From the NCBI RefSeq assembly GCF_009914755.1, contig NC_060941.1: a stretch of 64,000 nt of DNA. The stretch is one strand, 5' to 3'. Source of the DNA: the human T2T-CHM13v2.0 reference genome, Homo sapiens. Made by a program: the position numbers and the translations under genes. The notes beneath the pieces were generated by a model. It had not been told where the DNA came from and did not search any database. It saw nothing but the letters and a program-made list of their open reading frames with translations. Positions 34,593 through 61,054 of the stretch are shown piece by piece. The stretch's first letter is position 1; every line of letters starts with the position of its first letter.

Positions 34593-37030
34593 CCAGTTTT
34601 GCCTCTTAAGTACTATTTGTCTCGCTGGCCTTCGTGCCTCCTTCTTTGCTTGGTTGCCTCCCCTGGCCATGGAGAGGATGTCAGAGTGTGGTCACACTGG
34701 TCTCTGCTCATGACCCTGCCAGGGGCTGTGGGCCTTCTCCGCCAGCCAGATTCTCCTTTGTGCCCTCTGAGGTTAACACAGACAAACGCACTCACCTTCT
34801 TCCTCCCTCTTCCTCTCCTTCCTCCCTGCCTCGAACCTCTTTCACTCAGAACACCTGGCTTTGCTAGTAACAGGCTGTGTGACCTTCAGCAGGCCAGTTA
34901 ACCTCTCTGAGCTTTAGTTACCCTCCCCCGGTGCCCCAAAATGGATGATCATGAGGGTCAAATGGGAGGTGGTAGGAATGGGTCCTGGGCTCTGATATTG
35001 AGTCTTGCTCTTCTACTGTGTACCATTAGACGCAGCCCTGACTTCCTTTTTACCTCTGTGGCTTTATCTCCAAAACAGAGGGAATAACTCTCTGGAAGTC
35101 CTCCCGGGACCCCCTTCCTTGCAGGAGAGCCATTGCCCACTCCTCTGTGCGCCCAGGCAGCTGTGGGCTTTACCCATGCTCCTTGCTCTTCGTTTTCCGG
35201 ATTGTAATTATTTGCTTCTATGATTGTCATAGTCACCAGACTGAAGTCAGTTCCTTTCTTCAGTTATTCATTCAGCAAGTGTTTACTGAGCATCTGTGTG
35301 CCAGGTGCTGGGATTACAGATGAAATGGGGGAAACAGCTAATTAAACGAGAAGTTTTAAAGCTGAGAGTTAAAGTGGTTGGATAGGGCATGTGTAGGACG
35401 GGAGTACCACCTTGGGACAGGGAGGAGGGTGCAGACCAAGAGGGCTTCCTGGAGGAGGTGACCTCCAAGTTAAGACCTAAAGGCCAAGTAGGAGTCAAGC
35501 AAATAAAGTGGAGTGGGAAGGAGGAGAGGGACCGAGGGTGATCTTCCTTGGTCTCCAGCTCCAAGCCAGTGCCTGGCCTGGAGGAGATCAGTAAGTTGGT
35601 TCTCCATCTCTCTTCTTCCTTGCTCCTTCTGAATGCCTTCCTGCAAAGAGGCAGGAGCTTGGATCCTTGGTTTTCTGGACCCTGGGATGCTGTGGCCAAG
35701 GGGGTTGCAGAAGTGTTCTGGATATGGCATGTCCTTCCAGCTTGGGGCACGCCACGTTCCTGAGGCTGGGGCTGCAGGAACGGGCATGGCAGCATGTGCT
35801 GGGGGACACTGTGCTGAATGATTCACTGGCTCTGAGTAGGAGTGGAGATGAGCCAGGCCAGCAGCACGTGCAGGAGGGAGCTGGAAGGATGCTGAGGATG
35901 CACGAGCCTTATCCTGGGTCCCTTTTTCCAGGGGAAGGAGAGAAGGGCTCAGTAGGGGACAGCGAGGCTCATGAACTTGACAATATCATTTCTCCAAGAT
36001 AGTCTTTTATGTCAGAATTTTGAGTTGGAAGGAACATTGCCAGGCCTCTCTGCAGCTAGGGGTCCCTCTAGCACATGGAGCTTCCAAAGGAAGTGAGGTG
36101 GTGCAGTTCACATGCTAGAGCTATGCTCCTCTCCTCCTTTATGCCCTGACCTCCAGCGTCATTTTAAGCCCCCGGGGATGGACCTGTGCCAAGGTCTTCT
36201 CTGCCTGGCCTCGATTAAGCTGTGTCTTCCCCCAGCCCCTGGAGACATTTCCTGGCCTCTGTTCTCCCTTGGAAGACTGTGGGGTTCTGGAGCTGAAGCA
36301 AGCACAGGATAGGGCTGTGCTGGAGAGAGGAGACGGGCTTTGTGCCTGGTGGCAGGCTGGGCAGGAGCAGGGAGCGAGCACGGAGCCAGGGCTGGGAGGA
36401 AGGATCGATGATCATCACAATCCCCATTGACAGAGGACATTTCGTGTCTCACCTTGCTCTGGACACAGCACGTACGTCATGTCCTATTCTACAGCCACTT
36501 TGCAGAGTGGCTTATATTTCTCCCATTTTATAGATATAGAAACTGAGGCTCAGAGGCTGAGTGACCAACCCATGCAGCTTGTCAGCAGCAGGGCCACGAG
36601 TTAGTAGCTTGTCTGCCCCACACTAGGTCTGGAGCTGTTTCTCCCACACCACACTGCCTTGTTTTGAGGGTTTAAAAAATTCATTCCTTTCCTTCCAAGC
36701 TGGGGACCTTGCTTTCCTCTCAAAGCTGGAACAGAACCGAGGGCCCTGGATGGGTATGGAGCGTGACATGTCATTAGTGTTGGAAAAAGACTGTGAGACC
36801 CAGGGGATCCCTGGGCTGAGCCGGGGCTGGCTTCTCCTTCCCCACAGCACCAAGTGCCTCTGGGCCCTGAGCTCATGGTGTGTCTCCCCCAGCCATTCGC
36901 TATCTTTAATTTTTTTTGGTAAAATAATTACAGGGCATGAGCACTGCTATCTTTATTTAAACCATGTTAATTTTTTTTAAAACAGAGTAACACACACACA
37001 AAACACCTTGGATAAAAAAAATAAATATCT

Positions 37031-37713
<683 letters not shown>

Positions 37714-38119
37714 CGCACTTACTCTTTTAGCTCTTTCTTCACACCTCTTAGGTGGTGTGAGGTGCGTGGGAATGCCTCGAAAGATGCAGGCACCGGTCTC
37801 TCTTTTACTTGTTTTTATTTTTCTTGCACAGAGAGGGCTTCCCAGTTCAGAGAAGGGAAAATTGAGGCCCCCACCAAGGGGAGCCTGCTGGAGTCTCCAA
37901 ACACACAAGACCCGGGGTCTCCTTCAGGCCCAACACTGTGGCTGGTTTCCTGTGTCCCAGTCGTGCCTTCCGTCCGGCCACGCGGGCCAGCAGTGTTGAG
38001 AACTCACTCAGGGCAGGGATGGAGTGGGGAGGCTTCTCACCCCTTTACCTTCCTAGGCCCCAGTGGGCATCCATTCATCACCTGCTGGCGTGGGGCCTCT
38101 CCCTTGGAAGGGACCCCCT

Positions 38120-38380
38120 TGCCCTTATGACGTAAGACGTGTGGCACCTCCATCAGCCCTGGGTTCCCCAGAAAAACGCCCGCGGCAGAGGACAGGTCAA
38201 AGGTCAGCGCTAGTCAGCGTGGACTAACAGCTTCGGGCGGACACCCGAGTCCTGTAGTTCCTTGTTTGATCTGAAGGAAGTTGTCCAGCGTCAGCAGCAG
38301 CCGCCGCCGTGGTGGTAGCAGCTGCAGTGGAGCTAAAGGCAGCAGGGCCCCGACTCTCGGGACCCAGGCCCTGGCGGGAG
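38120..38380 (+). promoter_or_regulatory. Candidate intronic alternative promoter/enhancer and 5' UTR
   Basis: Non-repeat, CpG-retaining segment with TGACGTAA (38128-38135), perfect DR1 AGGTCAAAGGTCA (38194-38206), GGGCGG (~38235), AGGAAGT (38275-38281) and a GCAGCAGCCGCCGCCG leader-like run. Confidence 0.55.
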
Positions 38381-38404
38381 ATGGATTTCTTAAAGTACCT
38401 TTTC
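38381..38404 (+). CDS. RAP1GAP2: Candidate alternative first coding exon segment MDFLKYLF
   Basis: GAG-ATG-G Kozak context, first ATG after the promoter-like motifs, 8 codons then gtgagt at 38405. Phase 0 matches exon 56097. Not verified with transcript data. Confidence 0.5.
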
Positions 38405-39445
38405 GTGAGTGTCCCTGGGCTGTGGAGGGATGCCCGTCCAGGCCCTGCTGCCTGGAGGGGGTGGGGAACAGAGCCTCTCCTGTTGTCACCTGGCTGGGAG
38501 CCCCGAGTGGCTGTTTGCCTGCCACGGGTCATGGAAGCCACCCTTCACTCAGGGGAAGGAGGAACCGAGACCAGGGACAGAGGGGCCTCTGGGTGGGGGA
38601 TGTGGAGGGCAGGGGACAGACTCAGCACCCGGGCCTTTCCTCCCTGGCTTGGAGATTCGAGGTGGGTCCTGGCAGAGGGCTGGAGAGAACTCACTTCTGT
38701 GTTCCTCTGGGAAGGCTTCTCGGCTCCCTGCCGGGGCCCGAGGGAACCCACTGCCAGCCAAAGGCTGTGCATAGGTGGGAGTTGCCATGGCGAGAGGGGG
38801 AGGGACTCCTCAGCTGGGCTTCCGCCTGGCCTGGACGCTTGGAGCTGGCCAGGCTGCGGGTCCCGCCCTCTCTTCTTTGGGCTGTGGTTCTGGGGACTCT
38901 GTGTCCTGTCACGGAGCCTCAGAGTGTGGTTAGTGTGAGGCCCAGCGAGGAGAGTGTGAGCCGTGGTCCTCTGCTGCCAAGCCACACTGTCCCTGCAGGC
39001 TCTGCAGACGCCCCTTCCAGCTTTGGCAGGCCCTTTGTGCCCGCTCCTGGTGAACATGGGGGGCCCACGCGGACTTGGCCAGGTGGGGACTGTGAGGCTC
39101 TTCGTCTTTCCCCTGCCTGCTGCCAGCCCGGGACTGGCTGTTTTCTTGCCTTTCTTCTCCCTCCTTGGCTGTGTCATCTTTTTCTCTATGGGAGTCAAGG
39201 GTGACAATTCAGGGACGAGTGTGAGGAGTGACAGGACACTTGTTTGTGGGGTTGGACCAAGGAGTTCCCCAATCTCAGGCTGCACCGCCATGGGCTCCAG
39301 GATGCTGTGGGGGGACCGGGGACCTTGTGACCAGCCAGAAACGGCCCAACCTCTCTGGACCCTGGCAGGGTGTGGGTAGTGGTATAGTGGAGAGTTTTAA
39401 GCTGCGAACTGATCTCACCTGATTGATGTTTCAAAAGACCGCGTG

Positions 39446-40309
<864 letters not shown>

Positions 40310-40974
40310 GACTCTCTGGGCTTTGTCCTGAGTGTCACTGAGATGGCTTTTGAGGGAAAGAATGAATGAGAGTTCCTGTTTTGGCCTCTAACTTGGGAAG
40401 TTTGAGGTGCCTGTCAGACATGCACGTGAGATGCTGAGTTGGCAAACCTTGATGGATCTGAATTTGAATCAGGATTCATTCTGGGCAAGTTGCTTAACCA
40501 CTCTAAGTCTCCAACCCTCCAGGCCTCCCTCCCCGAGTACGTGTGAGGCGTATGGAAAGTGCCCAGTTCAGTGCCTTATACCTGCCTGGCACATCACCAG
40601 TGCCCAACAGAGGATACCTTGGGACTTCCTACAACATTGCTTAATATCATCTCATCTTCCAGCTCAGGAACATTCAGTGGCTTCCATAGCTTGAAACTTG
40701 TGTTTGGGGCTGAAACTTGGGGGCTGATTTGGCTCATAGAATGATTACGTTTGGTCCACATAGAGATTTTTAAAATTTTGTGTCATCCATGTACAAAAAT
40801 TGGGAGACTCACACAAAAAATTGGATTTCTGGCTTATTTTGAAAACTTCAGCAACACTGAGCTTGCCTTTCTGCTGGACAGCTTAGTGAGAGATAAGTAA
40901 ATAGTGGCCGCCCCCTTTGGAATGGCCGTGTGCTCTTCAGTGTACCATTGTCTCAGTCTCATGCTCTTTTTCTC

Positions 40975-44780
<3,806 letters not shown>

Positions 44781-45002
44781 CCCATCACTCGTTTAGGTTG
44801 CTTGCCTCGTGCCTGAAGTCATTGGCATCTTCTAGTCCTGTCTTAGAATTTAAATATGAGTCTGCCTAATTTAAGATGTCCTATAAAAACCCAACCATCT
44901 TCCCACCCTTCCCCACCTTGCCACATCTCTGCTCTGGTATCTCTGCTGAGAGATGGTCCCTCCCACACAGCAGCAGCATTCAACATGATGAACCCCATAG
45001 GT

Positions 45003-45432
<430 letters not shown>

Positions 45433-46764
45433 ACACTTAACAGAGAGCCATTGCAGGCTCCTGGCCCCAGTGACATAGTGAAATGGCACCTCTGAAACGC
45501 TCCAGCAGCAAAGGAGCCGTGAGCATCAGGAGTTGGTGGAAAAAGGAGACCAGAGAAGGGAAAGAGGAGCAAGCAGGTGGCTTGGCGGGGGTGGTGGGGG
45601 GAGACTTGGTTGGAACAGGACCTGATTCTGGAGGACGGTTCATTATTGGGAGCACCCACTGGGCATAGGGTTGGCCATCCAGGGTGAGGGGTGCAGTCTG
45701 TGGTCAGAGCACAGACAGCTGTTAATAGCAGTAACACTGGCCCGTCCAGCCCTGACTCTAGCCATCCCAAGAAGCCCGCCCTGGCCACTCCCAGGCCAAG
45801 ACTCAGCCCTCACCGCTTGCTTCGTTGCATCTTGCTTAGCAGAATATTTAGTCATTCATCTGGCAAATGTTTATTGAGCATCTACTGTGTGCTAGGCAGT
45901 TCTATTAATAGCACAGGGATATGGCAAGGATCACAGCAAACGAAGAGCTCTGCCCTCGAGGACCTTCTGTTCTGCAGCCAGCCTGGTGGCCGGCTGGTTC
46001 TCATCCTGCTTGCCCTGTGGATGGGGACTTCTGGACCGGTAGCGGAGTCGGGCAGTGTGGCGTGCTCGGTGGTCAGACGACATGGGACACATCCCATCCC
46101 GCTCCCAGGGCGTGCCCTGTTTCCCCAGCTTTCCAGAAACGGGTTTAGAGAACTCTCCAGAAATCCTTTTCCTTGGTCATGTCTTCCCTCTTCATCCGGA
46201 TGAGAAACTCACTCTGACCTGTTTGCTTCTCCCCCCAGCACTTTCTGGCCCGCATCTCCCCCCGATTTTCCTGGGACCCACGTAGGTGCAAAACACCTGC
46301 TCCTCCATCCTTGTCTTCTGGTAATGTTTTTAGTTTGCTGTTGATGTAGCCTTGCCCCCTCCGTGTGTCCTGGATTGGGGTGGGCGGGAATAACGAGGCG
46401 ATTGCAAGGACTCATTGAGCGACCTGTGTGCCAGGCTCTGTACACGCTGGCCCGTGTGGTCCTGCCACAGCTCTGTGAGTTAGCGGTCATGTTTTCAGCC
46501 CCATGCAAAGGCGCAAGCACTCAGACAGCGTGGTTCTGTGAACATGAGTGTGTGGTGCCTCCCAGGAGCAGGGATTTTAGCGAGGCTGCTGACACATAAA
46601 CACACCCCCACCTCCAGAAGCAGAGGAGAGGAGCCCAGGGCCAGGGCAGGTAGCTCAGCAAGGACCCAGCATGCTGCAGGTGGGGCCAGTGAGAGTCACT
46701 TCTCCAGCGAGGGTCAGAGAGGAGAGAGGCAAGAGTGTTGCAGGGGCGAGGGTCTCATGAGCTG

Positions 46765-47175
46765 GGGTGCGGCAAGAGGGAAGGAACAGGTGGATGCCTG
46801 TCTGCAGGAGAAGCTGTGCCTGTGTGTAGAGCTGCTGTGGACCAGGGGGAGGCAGGGAGGGCACAGGGTGGTGATGAGATGGAGAGAAGGGGTCCTGGAC
46901 TCGGGTGCAACAAGAGGGAAGGAAGAGGTGGCTGCCTGTCTGCAGGAGAAGCCGTGTCCATGTGTAGAGCTGCTGTGGACCAGGGGGAGGCAGGGAGGGC
47001 ACAGGGTGGTGATGAGATGGAGAGAAGGGGTCCTGGACTCGGGTGCAACAAGAGGGAAGGAACAGGTGGCTGCCTGTCTGCAGGAGAAGCTGTGCCTGTG
47101 TGTAGAGCTGCTGTGGACCAGGGGGAGGCAGGGAGGGCACAGGGTGGTGAGATGGAGAGAGGGGGTCCTGGACTC
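46765..47175. repeat. 138-bp tandem repeat, 3 copies
   Basis: Copies start at 46765, 46903 and 47041; the third has a 3-nt deletion. Confidence 0.95.
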
Positions 47176-47723
47176 ACACGAGTGCCATCTTTTCCCGTCG
47201 CTTCTTCTGCTTTGCCGCCTGGGCAGTGGGCTGGCACCCAAACCGGCAAGTAGGGGCATTGGGAAAGATCCCTCAAGATTTCCCAAGCCTAAATTACTCC
47301 TTGTGGTTCTTGTTCACGTCTGCCCCTGCTACCTGGGACCTCCTCCAGCATCCTCCTCCCCAAAGACTTCTCTGCCTTTCTGAAGGAAGACCAGGCTGTT
47401 TCTGTATCGGGAGGTGGTGGGGACAGGGGTGCAACTTGGGGCCTAGACGGAGTTCCTCGGCTGAGTGCTGGCTCTGCGTGGTTATCTATTGACTGGCTGT
47501 GAACGCAGAGTCCACGGGGAAATGCTGGCCGCCCCTCTGATTTGGGTGGCAAGAGCTGCTGCTGCTAATACATTAGACAGCTGCATGGACGCTGCTATTG
47601 ATGAGGAGACCCAATTACATGCCTCTGTGAAAATCCAGCGGCTGGCTTCCTGGTGGATGGAGATCCCTTCCGAAGGCTGTCCCGGGCAGGACGTTAGTCT
47701 CTGGGGCAATGCCAGTGAGTCAG

Positions 47724-48032
47724 TGAGCATTAACTGAGCACCTGCTGTGTGCCCTGAGCATTAACCGAGTGCCTGCTCTATGCCCTGAGCATTAACTGAG
47801 TGCCTGTTGTGTGCCCTGAGCATTAACTGAGTGCCTGCTGTATGCCCTGAGCATTAACTGAGTGCCTGCTGTATGCCCTGAGCATTAACTGAGTGCCTGC
47901 TGTGTGCCCTGAGCATTAACTCAGTGCCTGCTGTATGCCCTGAGCATTAACTCAGTGCCTGCTGTGTGCCCTGAGCATTAATTGAGTGCCTTCTGTGTGC
48001 CCTGAGCGTTACTGAGTGCCTGCTATGTGCCC
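47724..48032. repeat. 31-bp minisatellite (tgagcattaactgagtgcctgctgtgtgccc), 10 copies
   Basis: Exact 31-nt period from 47724 to 48003; last copy 30 nt. Confidence 0.96.
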
Positions 48033-48304
48033 TTGGCTGTATGCAGCCATCTCAGGGTGTGTGGATGAGGGTGTGTCCGAAAGGCTGAGCTGCTGTTCCC
48101 GGCTGGCCTGAGTCACGCTGCTTCTGGGTGGAAAAGGAGACTCACTCCCTGCCAACTGTCCCATTGGAAAGTGCAGCAAGTCGCTGAGAAGTGGGGCCGG
48201 CCCAGCCAAGGCCATGCTGCCACTGGCTGATTTCTGCTGCTGGGCACTGTCCATGCAGGGATCATCCACCCAGCACGTTGCTCATGGCTGAGGCTGAATC
48301 ATAG

Positions 48305-51700
<3,396 letters not shown>

Positions 51701-51834
51701 TGTTTTTATAAAATTGAGATTATATTCAATGTATTGTCTCTGATTTCCTCCACCCCTCAACTTAATATATCTTGGAGAGTGTCATATGTAAGCAACATGA
51801 ATCTGTTGCTGTCTTTTTGAATGATTGTATAGTT

Positions 51835-54370
<2,536 letters not shown>

Positions 54371-55182
54371 GCTTCTGTTGCATTATCCTCCTCCTGTTCA
54401 TCTTTCTATCCGTATTGATTGGTATAAGCTCTTTACGTCTGCTAATCCTGGTCTCCTAAGCCTGGAGATGGTAAGAATGCCCCGCGTGGGTGGTGCATGT
54501 GCACCTGAGCAAGTTGGAAGAGGAGGTTTGGCATCTGGATGTTTGGCGGCTCACTTCTGGTCAAGGGAGTTGGGCGCGGGTGCCCTAAGCCCACCCCTGT
54601 ACATTCACACGTGGGGTTTCTAGATGCCAGATCCTGAACTGCTGGTAGGTCGGAGCTTTTTGCCTCTGACACGCTGGCTTTGGCCTGACAGAGGTTGTCT
54701 GGAGTCAACAGCAGGGCTGGGTCTCTCCAGGGACTTCACCAGGCTCCTTCCCAGGGCGGGTCTGGGAATTCTGGGAGCAGTGGGAGCTCCAGGCAGTTCT
54801 GGCCCATGGGTGCCTGCAGAGGTAGGAAGAGTGCTTGGAGGCCCCACCTCTGCCTGAAGAAGAACCGAGGACACTGTTCCTCATCCCTGCTTTCTTTTCT
54901 CTCGTCTTCACTGGGGACTGTCTGTTCTGGGCACTCATGACCTCCCGGCTTCGCGGTGCCCAGATGTGGGCAGTGACATTAGTCTGAGGAGGAGTAGCTG
55001 TTTTCAGGGGATAGGAAGTGGGGTGGCCTCTGTGTGTTTTGTTGGGGTAGAGTTGCCAGCCCCTCACGCTTCCATTCCGCTTCCCTTTTCTCCTTTTTGT
55101 TTTTCCTGGATACACAAGGGTGGCACCAAAGTAGGTCAAAGGTTTGGACAAGTGCAATTGGGATTTTAAAAATAACCCATCT

Positions 55183-55518
<336 letters not shown>

Positions 55519-56096
55519 TCAATGGTGTTCAGGCTTTGCTTCACCAGCTTTAGGGTGCCAGAGTGGTGCCTTGTGGGCAGGGGACCGGGCAGGCAGAGGC
55601 AGAGGTGGCATAGCGGGCCCTCCCCCTCCTTCCCTGGCTGCTGTGGCCACAGCGACCCTGCTTTCACCGGTTGGTTTTCTGTATCAGGGTGTGGAACGCC
55701 GCTTGTGTTGGACACCTTGGCCCCACTGTTGGGTTGAAAACATCCTAAATATGGCTCCTGCCGGAGGCTGAATGCCGAGGACGATAGGCGTTTGCAGAAT
55801 TTGGCTCTTCCCAGGGGCCGGCAGGCCCCTTTCCTTGACAGAGGCTGAGTGTCTGCTCCCCCAGCACCATTCATTTGCCAGCCCAGGTGTGCCTTAGCCT
55901 CTCTCCTGTTGTATGGGGTGTTTGGCCCTCTAGCCCTGCAAAGGCAAAATCAAATTATCTTCTCTGTTGATCCAAATGAATTTTGTCCCTGGGGAAGCCC
56001 CAGGCTCAGCTTCCTGATAGTTGGTGAGGAAGAGGCTTTTGCTGTGGACCTCCCGGCTGATCCCTGTCTTTCTGTCCCCCTGCTTTTGTCTTTCAG

Positions 56097-56132
56097 TCGT
56101 CGGAGTTCTTTGAGATGCTGGAGAAAATGCAG
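56097..56132 (+). CDS. RAP1GAP2: RAP1GAP2 coding exon (36 nt): SSEFFEMLEKMQ, first half of GoLoco-like motif
   Basis: Long polypyrimidine tract ending tttcAG, donor CAG|gtgagt. Homologous to RAP1GAP ...FEMIEKMQ. Confidence 0.96.
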
Positions 56133-58105
56133 GTGAGTACGTACCCCCACCGTGGCGGGGAAGAAGCCCAGCCCCAGATGTGGGTGGCATAGGGACCAGG
56201 CAGAACCCACGGGCAGAAGCCGGGTGCCCTGGACGGGGGTGCAGAGAAGAGACAATTGCATCCCCTTGGCCCAGACAACCTGAGGCCATTTTGCTGTTGA
56301 GGGGTACGGAGCACTTTGGGAAGACTCCTGCGGAGGGACAGGGAGGATAAAAGCAGAACTTCCCCAGCAGGGCAGCTGGGGAGGCCATAAGCCCTGTGGA
56401 TGTGGAGGAGGGTTTGAAGGGTCCATTGTTCCTAGCACGAGCTGGAAAGAAGGCCTGAAAGAACTAGCTGCTTCTTGGAGGAGTCATCTTGCATAGGGAG
56501 GCAGAGGGGTGGGGTGGGAGGCTGGCTTGTGTTCAAGTCCTGCACCAGACACTTACTAGCACCAGTTCCTTTCCTGTGCTAAGCCTCCATAAATAAATAA
56601 GAATGAATGCACCCACTTACATGGTGGTTGGGGTGAAATGAGATAATCGGTGTAAATACTTGGTAGACACTACATAAAAGTTGGTGTGTGATGTGGGTTT
56701 GGGGGTTCTTCGTTGTTCCTCACCAGGGTCAGGGCTCCCAGGTAAGAGCTGCTGCCCTGGGGAGTATGTGCAGAGGCCCGGCAGGGTTCATTGACGTGGG
56801 CGGGAAGACTGGGAAGACAATGCTGATAATACACCTGTAGCTCAAGCACTTCACTGGGCTCAGAGATTGACAGGCGTCATTTCTTCCTGCTAAGGCCTTC
56901 AGAAGTAGGCATATTATTATTATTATTATCCCCATAGGACAGGTGAGAAAATCGAGGCACAGAACAATTAAAGGCAGCACTCAAAGGGTGCGTGGCTCAT
57001 AAGTAGCTTCAGAGCCAGAGAGTCCAGCCATTATGTCATGATGCTTTTTACCATAAGTAGGTGCTCCAGGCTCAAGGGAGGAAGATTCTGCAATAATGGT
57101 CTGGAAGTCCTAGGAGGAGGGGCAAATACAGCACCCACGGCAGTCCTGAGATGTGGGCCAAGCAGCCAGGTGTCCCTGAGGGTGGGGAGGGAGGGGAGAC
57201 GCTGTTTGAAGGGAAAGTATTGTTACTGCCGTGTCACCGAGAGCCAGTTATTAAAATTGTCCTCTGCGCCCAGCAGCGTGTAGATGACAGACTCATCTTC
57301 TACGCATTTAGGGAACTTATCATCAGCTTGCGGAAACCAGGCTGGCATGTGCCTCACAGTGAGGGGTGGGAGATGGTATATAATCAAGTGCTCCATTGCT
57401 TGGAGCAAAGCTGGGATTTTCGCCTCTAGTCAGTGGGATCCTGGCACTCTGGGAAGCTGGCAGGGGGTTTGCAGCCCACCCAGCCTTCTCTCCGGTTGCT
57501 CCTCAGATCCTCTCTTCCTTCTCCCCCAGCTGGAGTCCCCTTCCCACAACTTTGCCCCACACAGGGTCTCTCTGAGCACAGCATTCAGCCCCAGTTAACC
57601 AGCCTCAGAGTGTTGTGTTGTGTAGAGGCTGCAGGGCTTGTCTGTTCATGTAGATCGGGTGCTTTCTAGGGTAGGGGTCTTGTTTTATTCTCCCTCTGTC
57701 TGTGCAATGGCTGATCCCCCTGGGTAGCGTGCCTGTTCCCTTTCAGTTGAGACTGTTGAAGCCAAATTTCTGGGTGTTTAAGTCCCTACCATGTGCCCCC
57801 TGGGCCCAGCCTCAGAGGGTTCACTCTTAGTAAGAAGCTCACGTATGGGGCACTGCTGGCCATGGAGTGCCCGCGTGGGCCTTGAGCCTGGGCTCCATCT
57901 CTCTTCATCTTGCACGTGTGGAAACTGAAGCTCAGAGCAGTGAAGCGCCCGGGTCACTTAGCTAGTTGTGAAGAGCTGAAACTGGAATCCGGGATTCCCG
58001 ATACCTAGCCCAAGAGTCTGGGAACTGGGAGAAGGCAGAAGCTTTGGATTCCTTCAGTCCTGGGTTCAGGTTCTAACCCTGACGCTTTCTAGCTGAGTAT
58101 CTTCA

Positions 58106-60563
<2,458 letters not shown>

Positions 60564-61009
60564 TGATAATACCGCCTCCTTCATGATGATAATGACCCAC
60601 AGCATTTATTATATACCAGTCAGTGTTCCAAGTGCTCAACCCATTGTTAACCTTTAACCTTCACCACCATAGTCGATGCCATCATCATTCCCATTTTACA
60701 GATGAGAACACTGAGTCACAGAGAGGTTTCTGTGACTTGCCAAGGTCATCAGGCTGATAGGTGGCAGTGTTGGGATTTGAACCCCGGCGATCTGGCTCAA
60801 GTCTATGCTGTTAGCCCAGCGGCGCTGTTGCCTCACCTGAGGCTGCTGTGAGGCCCGCCCCTGGGCAGGTGTGATGTGTGCAGGCCCAGCACGGGCCAGC
60901 TTTTGCTGCTGCTCCTGTTACTAACCCCCTGTAAGGCCAGGTGCTCTTTATCTGGCCCTGTCTTCTGACCTTTGCTTTTCTGTGGATCCTGTTTTCCTTG
61001 TTTCTATAG

Positions 61010-61054
61010 GGGATCAAGCTTGAAGAGCAGAAGCCGGGACCCCAGAAGAACAAG
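61010..61054 (+). CDS. RAP1GAP2: RAP1GAP2 coding exon (45 nt): GIKLEEQKPGPQKNK, cassette exon with second half of GoLoco-like motif
   Basis: Acceptor ttccttgtttctatAG, weak donor AAG|gtgggc, phase 0/0. Its 15 aa match the recalled length difference between the long and short RAP1GAP2 isoforms. Confidence 0.94.

Noticed and set aside
38281-39291. Long overlapping ORFs (307, 209 and 248 aa)
   Set aside because: GC-rich sequence, mostly non-ATG starts and no recognisable domain. Only the 8-codon ATG-to-donor segment is credible.
47724-48032. CRISPR-like regular array
   Set aside because: Units are contiguous with no unique spacers, there are no cas genes and the context is eukaryotic. It is a minisatellite, as is 19885-20113.
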